Source: Haloquadratum walsbyi C23 (GTDB lineage: Archaea; Halobacteriota; Halobacteria; Halobacteriales; Haloferacaceae). Taken from it: DNA of 32,000 bases. The position numbers and the translations under genes were made by a program. The stretch lies in the NCBI RefSeq assembly GCF_000237865.1, contig NC_017459.1, forward strand, positions 690,001 through 722,000, in the 5' to 3' direction. Shown here piece after piece: positions 9,040 to 17,940 of the stretch; position 1 is the first letter of the stretch, and the number at the start of each line of letters is the position of its first letter. Below the pieces are notes generated by a model. It was not told the origin of the DNA and did no database searches. It saw only the letters and a program-made list of their open reading frames with translations.

Positions 9040-9450
9040 ACCAACTCCAATATCAACCACGGCAGATCCGCTTGCGAACCCTATTATTGGTGGGACAGGC
9101 ACTAAACACCTGCTTTAGCGATGGATACAGCGCAGCCTTTGAGCAGTGAACACCCAAACCGAAAGGCGTGAGTGCCCACACTACGGTTCTTTGATTGTCA
9201 TTGCGATGGTTCCCCATCGTGATTGACTATCCGAAAATTGGCAGTTGAGTTGGTGTCTGCCTCATCAAAAAGTAAGCCTTCGGACGAGCAAACCGACGTA
9301 AAACAATCAGGTACCTCCGAGTCCTTCACAGGATAGGAGTAACGGGGGCGTGGCACTCCCATCGGCGGGTCGGATTGCAAACGTAACTTCCCAATTCAGC
9401 GGGCCTTTGCCCGTGGGAAGCCCCGTTTACGGTGGGGAGGATTTCACATC
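9040..9450. other. G+C-rich, hairpin-dense non-coding island (candidate structured RNA or non-autonomous element), between convergent genes
   Basis: No credible ORF. 64 of the 100 nt in 9341-9440 are G/C, against AT-rich surroundings. Nested stem CTTCCCA(9387-9393)/TGGGAAG(9414-9420) encloses CGGGC-CTTT-GCCCG (9400-9413). Further stems: CCCCG-TTTA-CGGTGGGG (9421-9437) and GCGATGG-TTCC-CCATCGT (9203-9220). Confidence 0.4.
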
Positions 9451-9547
9451 AGCGAATTCTATCTATTCTCTCGTTCGGTACTTTCTGTTCTGATAGATCG
9501 AGGCTCTACTGTGATCTCTCATTAATTCTTCTTATCCTCATCTGAAC

Positions 9548-10486
9548 CTATCGTCGGCTGACGGCTGATTGAATTGTCTCAACGCATTGATCTGGAAACT
9601 CAACATGTGGTAGTAGTTTGGCATCATCAACAACAACTAATCGACAGCCTGCGTCCTTTGCGAGTTCGCGCCCTCGCTGGAGTGGCGTTATATCAGCTTC
9701 ACGTCCCCACAGCAGCGTTACCGGGACATCAATATCTGAAAGCGTTGTTTTCAATTCTTCTGATTCATTGAGAAAACCACTGATGAATGATGCTGGGGCG
9801 TACCGAGCGTTTGGCTGATGAGCGGTCTGCCATTCGTACTCCATCCATGTCTCAGAGACATTTTCAATGTTGTAGTATCCATGATCTGCATTGAAATAGC
9901 GGATTGATGGCTTTGAAGTGAGCAGATTGAATAGCGCTGTTCCAATGACCGGCGCTCGAAGTAGCTCTCGAAGCGCAACAATGCGATTTGGACCGCCCTT
10001 CTCAGTCGGACAAATGAGCACTACACTCTCGATATCAGTCTCAATATCTTCATGTATGCTGGCGAGATACGCCCCCGTGAGCGAGGATGCAACGACGGAG
10101 ACTGAGTTGAAACGATCCTCGCTGAGGAATGCCTGTACGAACTCCTCATAGAATGTGTCTGAGTAGCGAAGTGGGGGGCGATCAGATGTCCCAAACCCTG
10201 GAAGGTCTGGGGCAACAACGTGATATGACTCTGCAAGCGCTGTGAATATCCTTCGAAATTCACCATTTGACCCTGCAGCATTGATCCCATGCAGTAATAC
10301 GAGTGTATGATCTGTTGGGTCGCCTGCCTCAGTGTATGATATATCAATCCCGCTCCACGTCAAGGTGTTATGCTCGCCACTCAAAGCTGGATCAATTGAA
10401 TCTACGTATCGGTTGAGGACAGCGTTTATTCCAGAGAGCCCTCCGACACCCGCAGCAAGCGCACCCAGTGCTGATCGAACTCGCAT
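9548..10486 (-). CDS. Alpha/beta-fold hydrolase
   Basis: 312 aa. Oxyanion 'LLHGINA'. Nucleophile elbow region 'VVASSLTGAY' (non-canonical Sm-x-S-x-Sm). C-terminal 'DDAKLLPHVEFP' with the catalytic His. N-terminal hydrophobic or signal-like segment. Confidence 0.85.
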   Translation of the reverse strand: MRVRSALGALAAGVGGLSGINAVLNRYVDSIDPALSGEHNTLTWSGIDISYTEAGDPTDHTLVLLHGINAAGSNGEFRRIFTALAESYHVVAPDLPGFGTSDRPPLRYSDTFYEEFVQAFLSEDRFNSVSVVASSLTGAYLASIHEDIETDIESVVLICPTEKGGPNRIVALRELLRAPVIGTALFNLLTSKPSIRYFNADHGYYNIENVSETWMEYEWQTAHQPNARYAPASFISGFLNESEELKTTLSDIDVPVTLLWGREADITPLQRGRELAKDAGCRLVVVDDAKLLPHVEFPDQCVETIQSAVSRR

Positions 10487-10616
10487 GTGATATTATTTGT
10501 CATCAGCGATATTCAAGCGTGCGACTTCCGACTCTCAGCTTGATCGAAGATAGTATACCGATATGATATACAACCGCGGAGAAAACCTACGACCATTACC
10601 TGAGAGAATATCAGTA

Positions 10617-10874
10617 TCATATCATTTCTTCAGCTTTAAGCCCCTCAATAATATCATCAACAAGTGAATCAACGTCTGCGTATGGAAAGTCCTGATGTGT
10701 ACCAAGTTTAGCTGCCATCTCAAGTGCGGTGAGTGTTACCTCATCAGCATGGAATTTTGTCCTTGGTCCATCTGGAAGCGTTGGGACGAGATCCATTTGA
10801 CTGTCAACAGGAAACTCAGCACCACTGAATGCATCATGAAATTGCTGTCTAAGTTCACTCTCAGTGTCTGTCAT
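10617..10874 (-). CDS. Small acidic protein, MTH865-like family (function unknown)
   Basis: ATG 10874 gives 85 aa: 'MTDTESELRQQFHDAFSGAEFPVDSQMDLVPTLPDGP...HQDFPYADVDSLVDDIIEGLK'. This matches my recollection of the conserved haloarchaeal MTH865-type protein. The longer track ORF (to 10955) adds a non-acidic, implausible N-terminus. Confidence 0.6.
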   Translation of the reverse strand: MTDTESELRQQFHDAFSGAEFPVDSQMDLVPTLPDGPRTKFHADEVTLTALEMAAKLGTHQDFPYADVDSLVDDIIEGLKAEEMI

Positions 10875-10980
10875 AGCCGCAAATGTGAGACAATCCCAAA
10901 AAGGGTTCCGAAACGATGGATAAAATTGCTGAACGAAACGAATCAAAGTATTCACTACATCCGATTGCTAACGGAAGCGT

Positions 10981-11526
10981 ATGACTGAGGAGAATATGGA
11001 GCTGTCCCGACGGGCACTGCTGACAACCGCGGTTGGTAGCGCGGCTGCTGGAGGAGCAATCGGGACTGCAACTGCTCAAGCGGATGGAAGTAGTACAACA
11101 GTGACTGTTGGTCCAGGTGGCTCATTAGTATTTGAGCCAGGAACAGCCGAGTCTTTACAGATTACTCCGGGGACAACTGTTGAGTTTGTTTGGGACTCTG
11201 ATAATCATAATATTGTTGTCGAAAGTCAGCCTGATAGCGCAAACTGGGAAGGACATGAACCAATCGAGAATGCTGGGTTTAGCTATACGCACACATTTGA
11301 GACGCTTGGTGCATACGAATATTTCTGTCAGCCACACAAGACTGCAGGGATGGGTGCAAGCATTGAGGTTGTTGAGAGCATCTCAACGCCTGCACCATCC
11401 AATGTTCCAACGGTTCCGAGCTCGGCGAAGACACTTGGTGTTGCCACTGCTTTAGCGATGGTCGCAACACTCGGGCTTGGATTTTTTTTCCTCAAATATG
11501 GTGGTGATTACGATATTGAAGAGTAA
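10981..11526 (+). CDS. Halocyanin (type-1 blue copper protein), paralog of 2669..3358, with a Tat signal and a C-terminal TM anchor
   Basis: 'SRRALL' twin-arginine motif. Copper ligands in 'DSDNHNI' and 'FCQPHKTAGM'. C-terminal helix 'LGVATALAMVATLGLGFFFL'. An alternative start is ATG 10996. Confidence 0.9.
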   Translation: MTEENMELSRRALLTTAVGSAAAGGAIGTATAQADGSSTTVTVGPGGSLVFEPGTAESLQITPGTTVEFVWDSDNHNIVVESQPDSANWEGHEPIENAGFSYTHTFETLGAYEYFCQPHKTAGMGASIEVVESISTPAPSNVPTVPSSAKTLGVATALAMVATLGLGFFFLKYGGDYDIEE

Positions 11527-11566
11527 TTGAATATCCACCAACTGCGCACTTATTATCTAGCCGTCT

Positions 11567-11623
11567 ACGTGATATCCACTTATGTGGGACCTCACGTATG
11601 GACTTTTTTCTACATCATTTTTT
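11567..11623 (+). terminator. Candidate terminator of the halocyanin gene: a hairpin followed by two T6 runs
   Basis: Stem ACGTGA(11567-11572)/TCACGT(11592-11597) with an inner CCAC/GTGG stem, followed by TTTTTT at 11604-11609 and 11618-11623. Oligo-T is the usual archaeal termination signal. Confidence 0.4.
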
Positions 11624-11687
11624 AGGACTTATCGGCTTTGTATTTATATCGACTACCGATATGAGTGAAAAAGCTGAGCGCATATGC

Positions 11688-12749
11688 TTAGCTAAACCAT
11701 CCAAATTCTGATTGTGCAGCCACATACTGATCCTCGTATTGTTTCAACACTGCACGGTGGTCATACTTGCTGAACGATTCAGCAATCACTGATGAATTAA
11801 TCTCTGCAGCAGATTCAATCTCAGCAGCGATACCCTCAGGATCGGTAACCCGAGTCCCTCGTTCGTAATCCTCGAGAAGCTCATGCGCACTTGATCGCGC
11901 TTGATACTCAACAACTCCAACGCACCCACATGCAAGTGCCCAGAGTAGTTCTCGTGCGAACGGCTCAACTGAAGCCGTCTGTGCGAATACATGTGCGCCT
12001 TTGAGAGTCGAAACAAATTGTTCGAGTTCCATTGAGCCATAGAATGTAATTCGATCATCAATTCGGAGATCACGAGCCATTGCCTCAGCGTCTGACCGCT
12101 GTGGTCCATCGCCAATAACCGCCGTTCGCCATTGCTTGTTTCGCAGTTCTGCGAGTGCTAACAAAAATGAGTCAATATTCGACTCATCATCAAGTCGGCG
12201 GGCATAAACAATATCTGCACGGTCATGGATATCTGCATCTCGAACTAATTCAAAATCGATTGATTCAGGAAGTTGAATGATTGAATCGGTATCGCCGCCA
12301 ACTGACCGGACGTCAGTTTTGATTAATTGTGAGGGGGTGAAGTGGCGTGATCCTGCACGTGCCGCTCGTCTGACGACCCATGGATGGTCTGTTTCGTCCA
12401 CTTGCCACCAATCTACGACGAGTGGTGTCTGAATCATTATCCCAGCAGTTGCTGCAGCAATAACCTGTGACGGTGGGCTATTTGTTGCATGAATGATATC
12501 CGGCGCAATTCGACGAAGTACAAACGGTAATTTCAACGCAAATGCTCTGGGTGTTTTCGCCTCTGTGAGTCCGATATATGCAACATCATTTTTAGTGAAT
12601 GTTGATACAGACCCCTGCCACCAGCGTGAGCAACAAACAGTGATATCATGCCCGCGAGCGGCTAGCCCCTCCGCAACACGGCGTATCCGACGAGTTGCCC
12701 CCTCTGTCCGCTGATCGTCGACATATAATGAGACAAACGCCACGCGCAT
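11688..12749 (-). CDS. Glycosyltransferase, GT4 (GT-B fold) family
   Basis: 'MRVAFVSLYVDD...RRIRRVAEGLAARGHDITV' is a typical GT4 N-terminus, and the C-terminal half has the GT-B E-x7-E-like region 'EPFARELLWALACGCVGVV'. The track ORF extends 13 codons upstream to ATG 12788. I prefer ATG 12749. Confidence 0.85.
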   Translation of the reverse strand: MRVAFVSLYVDDQRTEGATRRIRRVAEGLAARGHDITVCCSRWWQGSVSTFTKNDVAYIGLTEAKTPRAFALKLPFVLRRIAPDIIHATNSPPSQVIAAATAGIMIQTPLVVDWWQVDETDHPWVVRRAARAGSRHFTPSQLIKTDVRSVGGDTDSIIQLPESIDFELVRDADIHDRADIVYARRLDDESNIDSFLLALAELRNKQWRTAVIGDGPQRSDAEAMARDLRIDDRITFYGSMELEQFVSTLKGAHVFAQTASVEPFARELLWALACGCVGVVEYQARSSAHELLEDYERGTRVTDPEGIAAEIESAAEINSSVIAESFSKYDHRAVLKQYEDQYVAAQSEFGWFS

Positions 12750-13016
12750 ATCACTCGGTTTCTGCCAGACAACAAAAACCTTCGACATCCGGCTATGTGC
12801 GTTTTGATGCTAATCACGGTCAATGTCTGCTTGATATTCTCAACGAGTATGAATCGACAGCAGACGTTGCACTTCTCGCACAATTGAATATCGCTCATTT
12901 TTCTGAAAAAAGATTGTACGTTCTTATGACAATTCGCACACGATTTCGTGTGACCAGTCGTTCATATCGCGGTTAAATATGTGCCTTCCAGCGTGGGATC
13001 AAACACTCTGTATCAG

Positions 13017-13661
13017 TCACACAAGAGTCATGATCATCGTCAGTATCACTGCGGTTCCTGACTCAATATATTCCCATCCGAATGTGTGATTCAGAAGAAC
13101 ATATGCAACGACACCAAGCGTCAGAGAAAGTACCCATGCACTGGCAGCGATACGTCCAACGCGACGGTGTGGTGTCTGTTCACGAAGTTCCTGTGGCGTA
13201 TGTGTAATGCCGAGTACAATCGCATATAGAACGACCGGGACAGAAATGATTGAAAGAAGGATATGAATTGCCAACATTCCAAGATATGGATAATACGCAA
13301 CTGCCGGTCCAACGAACTCTTTTGTGCCGCCCCCGCCAATTTTTGTGAGGTAAAGGACCAGAAAAATAAGGATTAAGCCAAACGATGTGAGCATCGCTGC
13401 TGCATGTTTTCGAACTTCATTACGACGAATCCACCGCCATCCCGCAAGGATCACAATTACATTCACTGCATTTACAACTGCAATCGCATCGGAAATGAGA
13501 TTCACCTCTGTCAATGAGAGATCAGGATAAATCTGTGCAGGAACAATTCCAATGAACGTCCCAATAACGACTGCATATCCAACGACTGAAAGGATAATAG
13601 TGGCCGCAAGCGGGTGGCGCTTTAATGACATTTCAGCGCTCGCAGTAGCCATACTAACCAT
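13017..13661 (-). CDS. DUF420-family membrane protein
   Basis: TM topology and conserved His-containing segments ('RKHAAAMLTSF', 'LAIHILLSIISVPVVLYAI', 'HRRVGRIAASAWVLSLTLGVVAYVLL') match DUF420. Three in-frame ATGs are possible (13661, 13652, 13631). The track start 13721 is GTG. Confidence 0.78.
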   Translation of the reverse strand: MVSMATASAEMSLKRHPLAATIILSVVGYAVVIGTFIGIVPAQIYPDLSLTEVNLISDAIAVVNAVNVIVILAGWRWIRRNEVRKHAAAMLTSFGLILIFLVLYLTKIGGGGTKEFVGPAVAYYPYLGMLAIHILLSIISVPVVLYAIVLGITHTPQELREQTPHRRVGRIAASAWVLSLTLGVVAYVLLNHTFGWEYIESGTAVILTMIMTLV

Positions 13662-13887
13662 TAGTTTGGAGGGATATTCCCTCTTCGGGTTTGTGATTAT
13701 CCTGCTCGTAGAATATACCACATAAAATCGGAGAATACTTCTTCATTTATTATGATATGTCGAGATCAGTAATAATACATTCACATCTTATTTGCTTTCG
13801 ATGAAATATCTCTCAACTTATTTTTATTTATATATTAATATTTATTATGAAAACATCATCGAGCAGAATCTCCTTATTTGTGTAGCA

Positions 13888-14934
13888 TTAACATACATCA
13901 GTGAATACTGCTGCTTCGCGGGCAGCTGCTTCACTCACTCCATTGCCGAGGATTGTATGTCGATCTCGAATGGCATGTGCGCATGTTATCGCTTGAATGA
14001 ATATCTCTTCATCAATCCCAAGTTCTGTTGCTGTTGTCGGTGCACCAACATCCGCAAGGGCAGCGCGGATATCTTCCCACTCACCATTTTCACCACTATG
14101 AAGATATGCCGTAACAATTGAGGCTACTCCAACTTGATGACCATGTAATGCTGCATCAGGGACAAGTCGATCAAGTTGATGTGAAATGAGATGTTCAGCA
14201 CCGGAGGCCGGTCGTGAGGATCCAGCAATCGACATTGCTACACCGGAGGAGACAAGCGCTTTCGCAACAAGCCATGCAGACTCTTCGAATCCCTTTTTTA
14301 TTGCATCAGAATTATCTACAAGCATCTCCGCGGTCATCTGTGAAAGCGCACCGGCGTATTCGCTATACTCAACATCTTGCAGTCGGTGTGCGAGTTGCCA
14401 ATCCTTGACAGCAGTATAATTCGAGATAATATCAGCACAACCAGCCGTTGTGAGTTCCCATGGTGCTTCTGCTAGAACAGCAGTATCAGCAACAACCGCT
14501 AGTGGTGGATCTGCGGCGACAGAATGTCGGGTGTCACCCTCTGGGATTGATGACCGTCCAGAGACAATCCCATCGTGACTTGCTGCTGTTGGGACAGAGA
14601 CAAATCCACATCCAAGTCTGTCTGAAGCCATTTTTGCGGTATCAATTGGTTTTCCACCACCAAGTCCAATAAGATATCCGGCGTCTGTAGCTTTAGCAGT
14701 GTCAATAACAGCCTCAACAGCGTCAAAACTTGCATGATCGACTGAAACTGTTTGTGGGTCTGCGAACTGTGAACGGACACGGTTGCCAATAAGCTGATCT
14801 GGAGTCGGACTTGTCACAATAAGCGGACGTCCATCAAGATATAATTCTTCAATCGCGGCGGCGAGGTCACCTATTACATCATGACCGACGAGGACATTTC
14901 GCGGGAGCTTAATCCACGTCGTCTTTTTGAGCAT
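13888..14934 (-). CDS. egsA: sn-Glycerol-1-phosphate dehydrogenase [NAD(P)+] (archaeal lipid backbone synthesis)
   Basis: 348 aa in the iron/zinc-dependent alcohol dehydrogenase superfamily. 'GLGGGKPIDTAK' nucleotide loop and metal ligands in 'ASHDG' and 'GAEHLISH...LHGHQVG'. Length and motifs are typical of EgsA. Confidence 0.92.
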   Translation of the reverse strand: MLKKTTWIKLPRNVLVGHDVIGDLAAAIEELYLDGRPLIVTSPTPDQLIGNRVRSQFADPQTVSVDHASFDAVEAVIDTAKATDAGYLIGLGGGKPIDTAKMASDRLGCGFVSVPTAASHDGIVSGRSSIPEGDTRHSVAADPPLAVVADTAVLAEAPWELTTAGCADIISNYTAVKDWQLAHRLQDVEYSEYAGALSQMTAEMLVDNSDAIKKGFEESAWLVAKALVSSGVAMSIAGSSRPASGAEHLISHQLDRLVPDAALHGHQVGVASIVTAYLHSGENGEWEDIRAALADVGAPTTATELGIDEEIFIQAITCAHAIRDRHTILGNGVSEAAAREAAVFTDVC

Positions 14935-15137
14935 ATGTATTTCTGTAGGGGGTGATTCAAAGACTTTCCCGATTACCCACTGGAAAATCCTGTTACATAT
15001 CTCGGTGATGAATAATAAAATTGGAATCCAAAACCAGCAAATATCAAAATGTCAAAACTCCGTTTGAAGACTTGAGTATCTGATTTTGATCGATCCAATC
15101 AGACGACTTGTCGTGACTGCTCGATGTGTGTTATGAG

Positions 15138-15914
15138 CTAAATTATGATGAGCGCCTTTCGAACACCTCTCAGAATAAAAATCATGCCAAAGCCTGCAAG
15201 AACAATTGCACTTCCCCCAGCGACAACAGGAGCTAATTTATTAACTCGACGCCCTATCCTGATGAGCGTTGCTGGAAATCCAGTAATCCATATTATAATT
15301 CCAATAAAGAACCCAATGATAAGTGTCGGTGACCCAGTTTCAACAATAACTAATCCGGTAAGTAGTGAGCCAATATATGGCGTTTGTGCAAGAATATCAA
15401 GTGTCCCTGACTGTAAGAGCCCAACTCCAATCGTAAGCCAAAATAGGATTTGATATGGGTTTGTAAGTGCTAAGATGAACGCTTTGCGGAACCCAGTCCC
15501 AACGTGTGAATTTAGATTCGTGTTCTTCTGTGTGGTTTTGCTCCCGCTTTCACTGTTATCTTCCTTTAGGGTGTGCGTTCCTGTATTGGTATTGCTGATA
15601 CCGAACGCCGAATGAATCTCCGTAGCTGCCCCATATGCGAAATATAGCATCAAGACTCCACCAAGGGTAATCATTCCTGCGCGAAGCAACGGTGCACGTT
15701 CAACAATCGTAATAACACCGAATGCTGCGAGAACAAAGAAAATAATATCAGCTGTCATCGCCCCCAATCCGGCAAGAAAGCCTGCGGTCCATCCACGAAC
15801 GACACTTTCCTCAGCGATGATAGCATTCATTGGTCCTGGTGGTGCCGCAAGCGCAAGTCCAAAGATGACACCAGTCAGTGCTGTCATGCTAAGTGCAATC
15901 ATTGTTATTATCAT
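15138..15914 (-). CDS. LysE/RhtB-family amino-acid exporter with a low-complexity central loop insertion
   Basis: N-terminal 'APPGPMNAIIAEE' (the PGP motif of the LysE family) and 6 TM helices. About 45 aa of hydrophilic Asn/Thr/Ser-rich loop lie between the two halves. The start could be any of three nearby Met codons. Confidence 0.8.
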   Translation of the reverse strand: MIITMIALSMTALTGVIFGLALAAPPGPMNAIIAEESVVRGWTAGFLAGLGAMTADIIFFVLAAFGVITIVERAPLLRAGMITLGGVLMLYFAYGAATEIHSAFGISNTNTGTHTLKEDNSESGSKTTQKNTNLNSHVGTGFRKAFILALTNPYQILFWLTIGVGLLQSGTLDILAQTPYIGSLLTGLVIVETGSPTLIIGFFIGIIIWITGFPATLIRIGRRVNKLAPVVAGGSAIVLAGFGMIFILRGVRKALIII

Positions 15915-16156
15915 CTGGAATGGGACTGCGAAAAAACAATCGTCACAGTATTAATTGATTCGCTGAATCACCAGATACGCCCTGTTCGGTCATCAAACGA
16001 TGAATATAGATGTTCACACTCAATGTCGAATTCCTCGTTTACAGAGTGAACCCATCCCGGGTCAAACCCTGAGCAAGTCATCTTAAACCGTCTGTACATC
16101 TCGATCCATATCTGTCCAGCGTCTGCAATTATAATACACTCAAATGTCAATTGACG

Positions 16157-16876
16157 TTAGACAGCTGCGGAGACAGCTGTCGTTATCTCGGCGATAATCG
16201 TCTCCCAAACCGAAAAATCAAATAAAATCGACATGATGGCATCGATTCCAAAGAAGCCAAACAGGAGTGCTGACCCAAGGTAAGCAGTTCGCATATTGAC
16301 ACGTCCTGAAAATGAGTGGAATAAATATGCGTTCGCCAAACTAATTGGAATAATTGCAAGCATCTCACCAATCCAGATTGCGGATGTTGCTCCGTATTGG
16401 ACCGCCAGCCCAATCGTCACCAGCTGTGTCTTATCGCCAAATTCACCGGTCACCATCAGAATGAATATCGGCAAAAATCCACCAAATGAACCACTCACAC
16501 GATTAAGTGGTCCGGGGAGGGTAACCATCTCAAGTGCTGCGAGTCCTCCATCTGTCTCAGCTGTTGTTGTATCTGAGACATCCGGATTGGTGTTGTTATT
16601 TGATGGTGCTGACCGATACAGCAATATCGCAAATAAGAGGAACAACGATGCGGTGACAACATTTAGTGCAATCGGCGGAAGCACCGCTTGCAGTGCCTGT
16701 CCAAAAAGAATCTCAAGTGCTGTCCATCCCGCGAACGCTGACCCAGCAGCAGCAACAACAACAATCGGATCATATCTGGTAGATAATCCAGCAATGATGA
16801 ATTGTACCTTCTCACCAGGGAGCACAGCAAGCTGTGTAATGAAGGCAATAATAAGAATCTCAAGATATGTGCTCAT
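16157..16876 (-). CDS. UPF0016 (GDT1/TMEM165/MneA-like) family membrane protein, putative Mn2+/Ca2+ transporter
   Basis: Two-repeat topology. Canonical E-x-G-D-K-T motif in the second repeat ('GEFGDKTQLVTIGLA'). The first repeat has a degenerate version ('PGEKVQFIIAGLS'). Its ATG overlaps the stop of the upstream regulator gene (ATGA). Confidence 0.8.
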   Translation of the reverse strand: MSTYLEILIIAFITQLAVLPGEKVQFIIAGLSTRYDPIVVVAAAGSAFAGWTALEILFGQALQAVLPPIALNVVTASLFLLFAILLYRSAPSNNNTNPDVSDTTTAETDGGLAALEMVTLPGPLNRVSGSFGGFLPIFILMVTGEFGDKTQLVTIGLAVQYGATSAIWIGEMLAIIPISLANAYLFHSFSGRVNMRTAYLGSALLFGFFGIDAIMSILFDFSVWETIIAEITTAVSAAV

Positions 16877-17820
16877 GCGTTACTCACCTCATCAGACTCG
16901 GGTTCATTCCCCTGCTCATGTGTCTCTGCGTATGAATCTATCCCGCTTGAGTTAGCTGTTTCATCAAGAGAACGAATACGAACTGACTCCGCAACATCAT
17001 CCGGAAGACTCTGTGTCAACACGTTTGTTGTGCCATTCGGTTTATTATCTGACTCAGCAATTGAAGTTGATATTAGCGAATTGGAATTATCATCTGAAGA
17101 TATACGTTGTTCTGCGGACAACAGCTCAGTGTTTGATGGATGATCAGTCGAATCTGCGGTTGCAGATGTGTTAGATGATGATACCGTCTGCATCGTTGTC
17201 TGCCCACAGTCAATATCGTTTTCTCCAATTGCAACAGTTATCATCCCAAATGGAGCGACATCGACAATCGTCAATTCGGTTCCAGGTCTAATCCCAACTC
17301 GGTCCAGATACTCTAGTTCTGTTGGGTCACGATCTCGAACGCGAACAACGACAACATGCTCGCCCTCCTCGCAGGCAGACAGCGGACCACTTGCAGCATC
17401 ACTCAGTGGTGTCAAATCAGCAGTCGGAATCGGGTCACCATGCGGGTCAACTTGTGGGTCGTCAAGCGCCGCTGCAACACGGCGTTCGAATACCTCACTA
17501 ATATGATGTTCCAGTGCATCCGCCTCCCCATGGACCTCACTCCACTTATATCCGAGTTGATCAGCAAGATATGATTCTAATAATCGATGACGCCGAATAA
17601 CTGCGAGTGCGACGGTCTCACCTTCTGTTGTCAATTCTACCCCCTCATACTTTTCATATATCAATAATTCACGATCTGTGAGTGTCTCAAACATACTTGT
17701 GACAGTCGCTGGGGTTTTTTCAAGCGTATCTGCGACTGCTGATGTCGACACGGGTGGTCCCTTCTCAGCCTGCAGTCGGTAGATACTTTTTAGATAATCC
17801 TCCATCGCATCGCTCAACAT
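16873..17820 (-). CDS. sirR: DtxR/SirR/MntR-family metal-dependent transcription regulator with a C-terminal tail of about 95 aa of low complexity
   Basis: 'MEDYLKSIYRLQ...' wHTH domain. Dimerisation/metal domain 'RRHRLLESYL...EADALEHHIS'. FeoA/SH3-like domain 'GEHVVVVRVRDRDPTELEYLDRVGIRPGTELTIV'. This is followed by a Ser/Thr/Asn/Asp-rich extension. Confidence 0.9.
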   Translation of the reverse strand: MLSDAMEDYLKSIYRLQAEKGPPVSTSAVADTLEKTPATVTSMFETLTDRELLIYEKYEGVELTTEGETVALAVIRRHRLLESYLADQLGYKWSEVHGEADALEHHISEVFERRVAAALDDPQVDPHGDPIPTADLTPLSDAASGPLSACEEGEHVVVVRVRDRDPTELEYLDRVGIRPGTELTIVDVAPFGMITVAIGENDIDCGQTTMQTVSSSNTSATADSTDHPSNTELLSAEQRISSDDNSNSLISTSIAESDNKPNGTTNVLTQSLPDDVAESVRIRSLDETANSSGIDSYAETHEQGNEPESDEVSNA

Positions 17821-17826
17821 ACCTGA

Positions 17827-17842
17827 TTTAGATGCATCAAAA
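17827..17842 (-). promoter_or_regulatory. Candidate operator: near-palindrome TTTAGATGCATCAAAA, 7-22 nt upstream of the sirR ATG
   Basis: Perfect 8-bp core palindrome GATGCATC, with flanks symmetric at 14 of 16 positions. It lies between the AT-rich putative TATA region and the start codon of a DtxR-family regulator, a family that typically binds AT-rich palindromes. Confidence 0.3.
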
Positions 17843-17940
17843 ATAAAACTGTGACGATAAAAACCAATAGTTATTACTCACCAAATCGAGATGGGCGGTT
17901 GCTATTAATATATCAACAGTAAGATATGATTGTCTATACG

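Noticed and set aside
10683-10693. GGAAAGTCC, an exact match to the RNase P CR-I core
   Set aside because: It lies inside the well-supported small acidic CDS (10617..10874, opposite strand). There is no surrounding RNase P architecture and no ACAGAA...GGCTTA partner nearby.
15968-16150. 60-aa ORF between the UPF0016 and LysE genes
   Set aside because: The Cys/Trp-containing sequence has no recognisable motif and is at the minimum ORF length. It cannot be distinguished from a chance ORF without conservation data.
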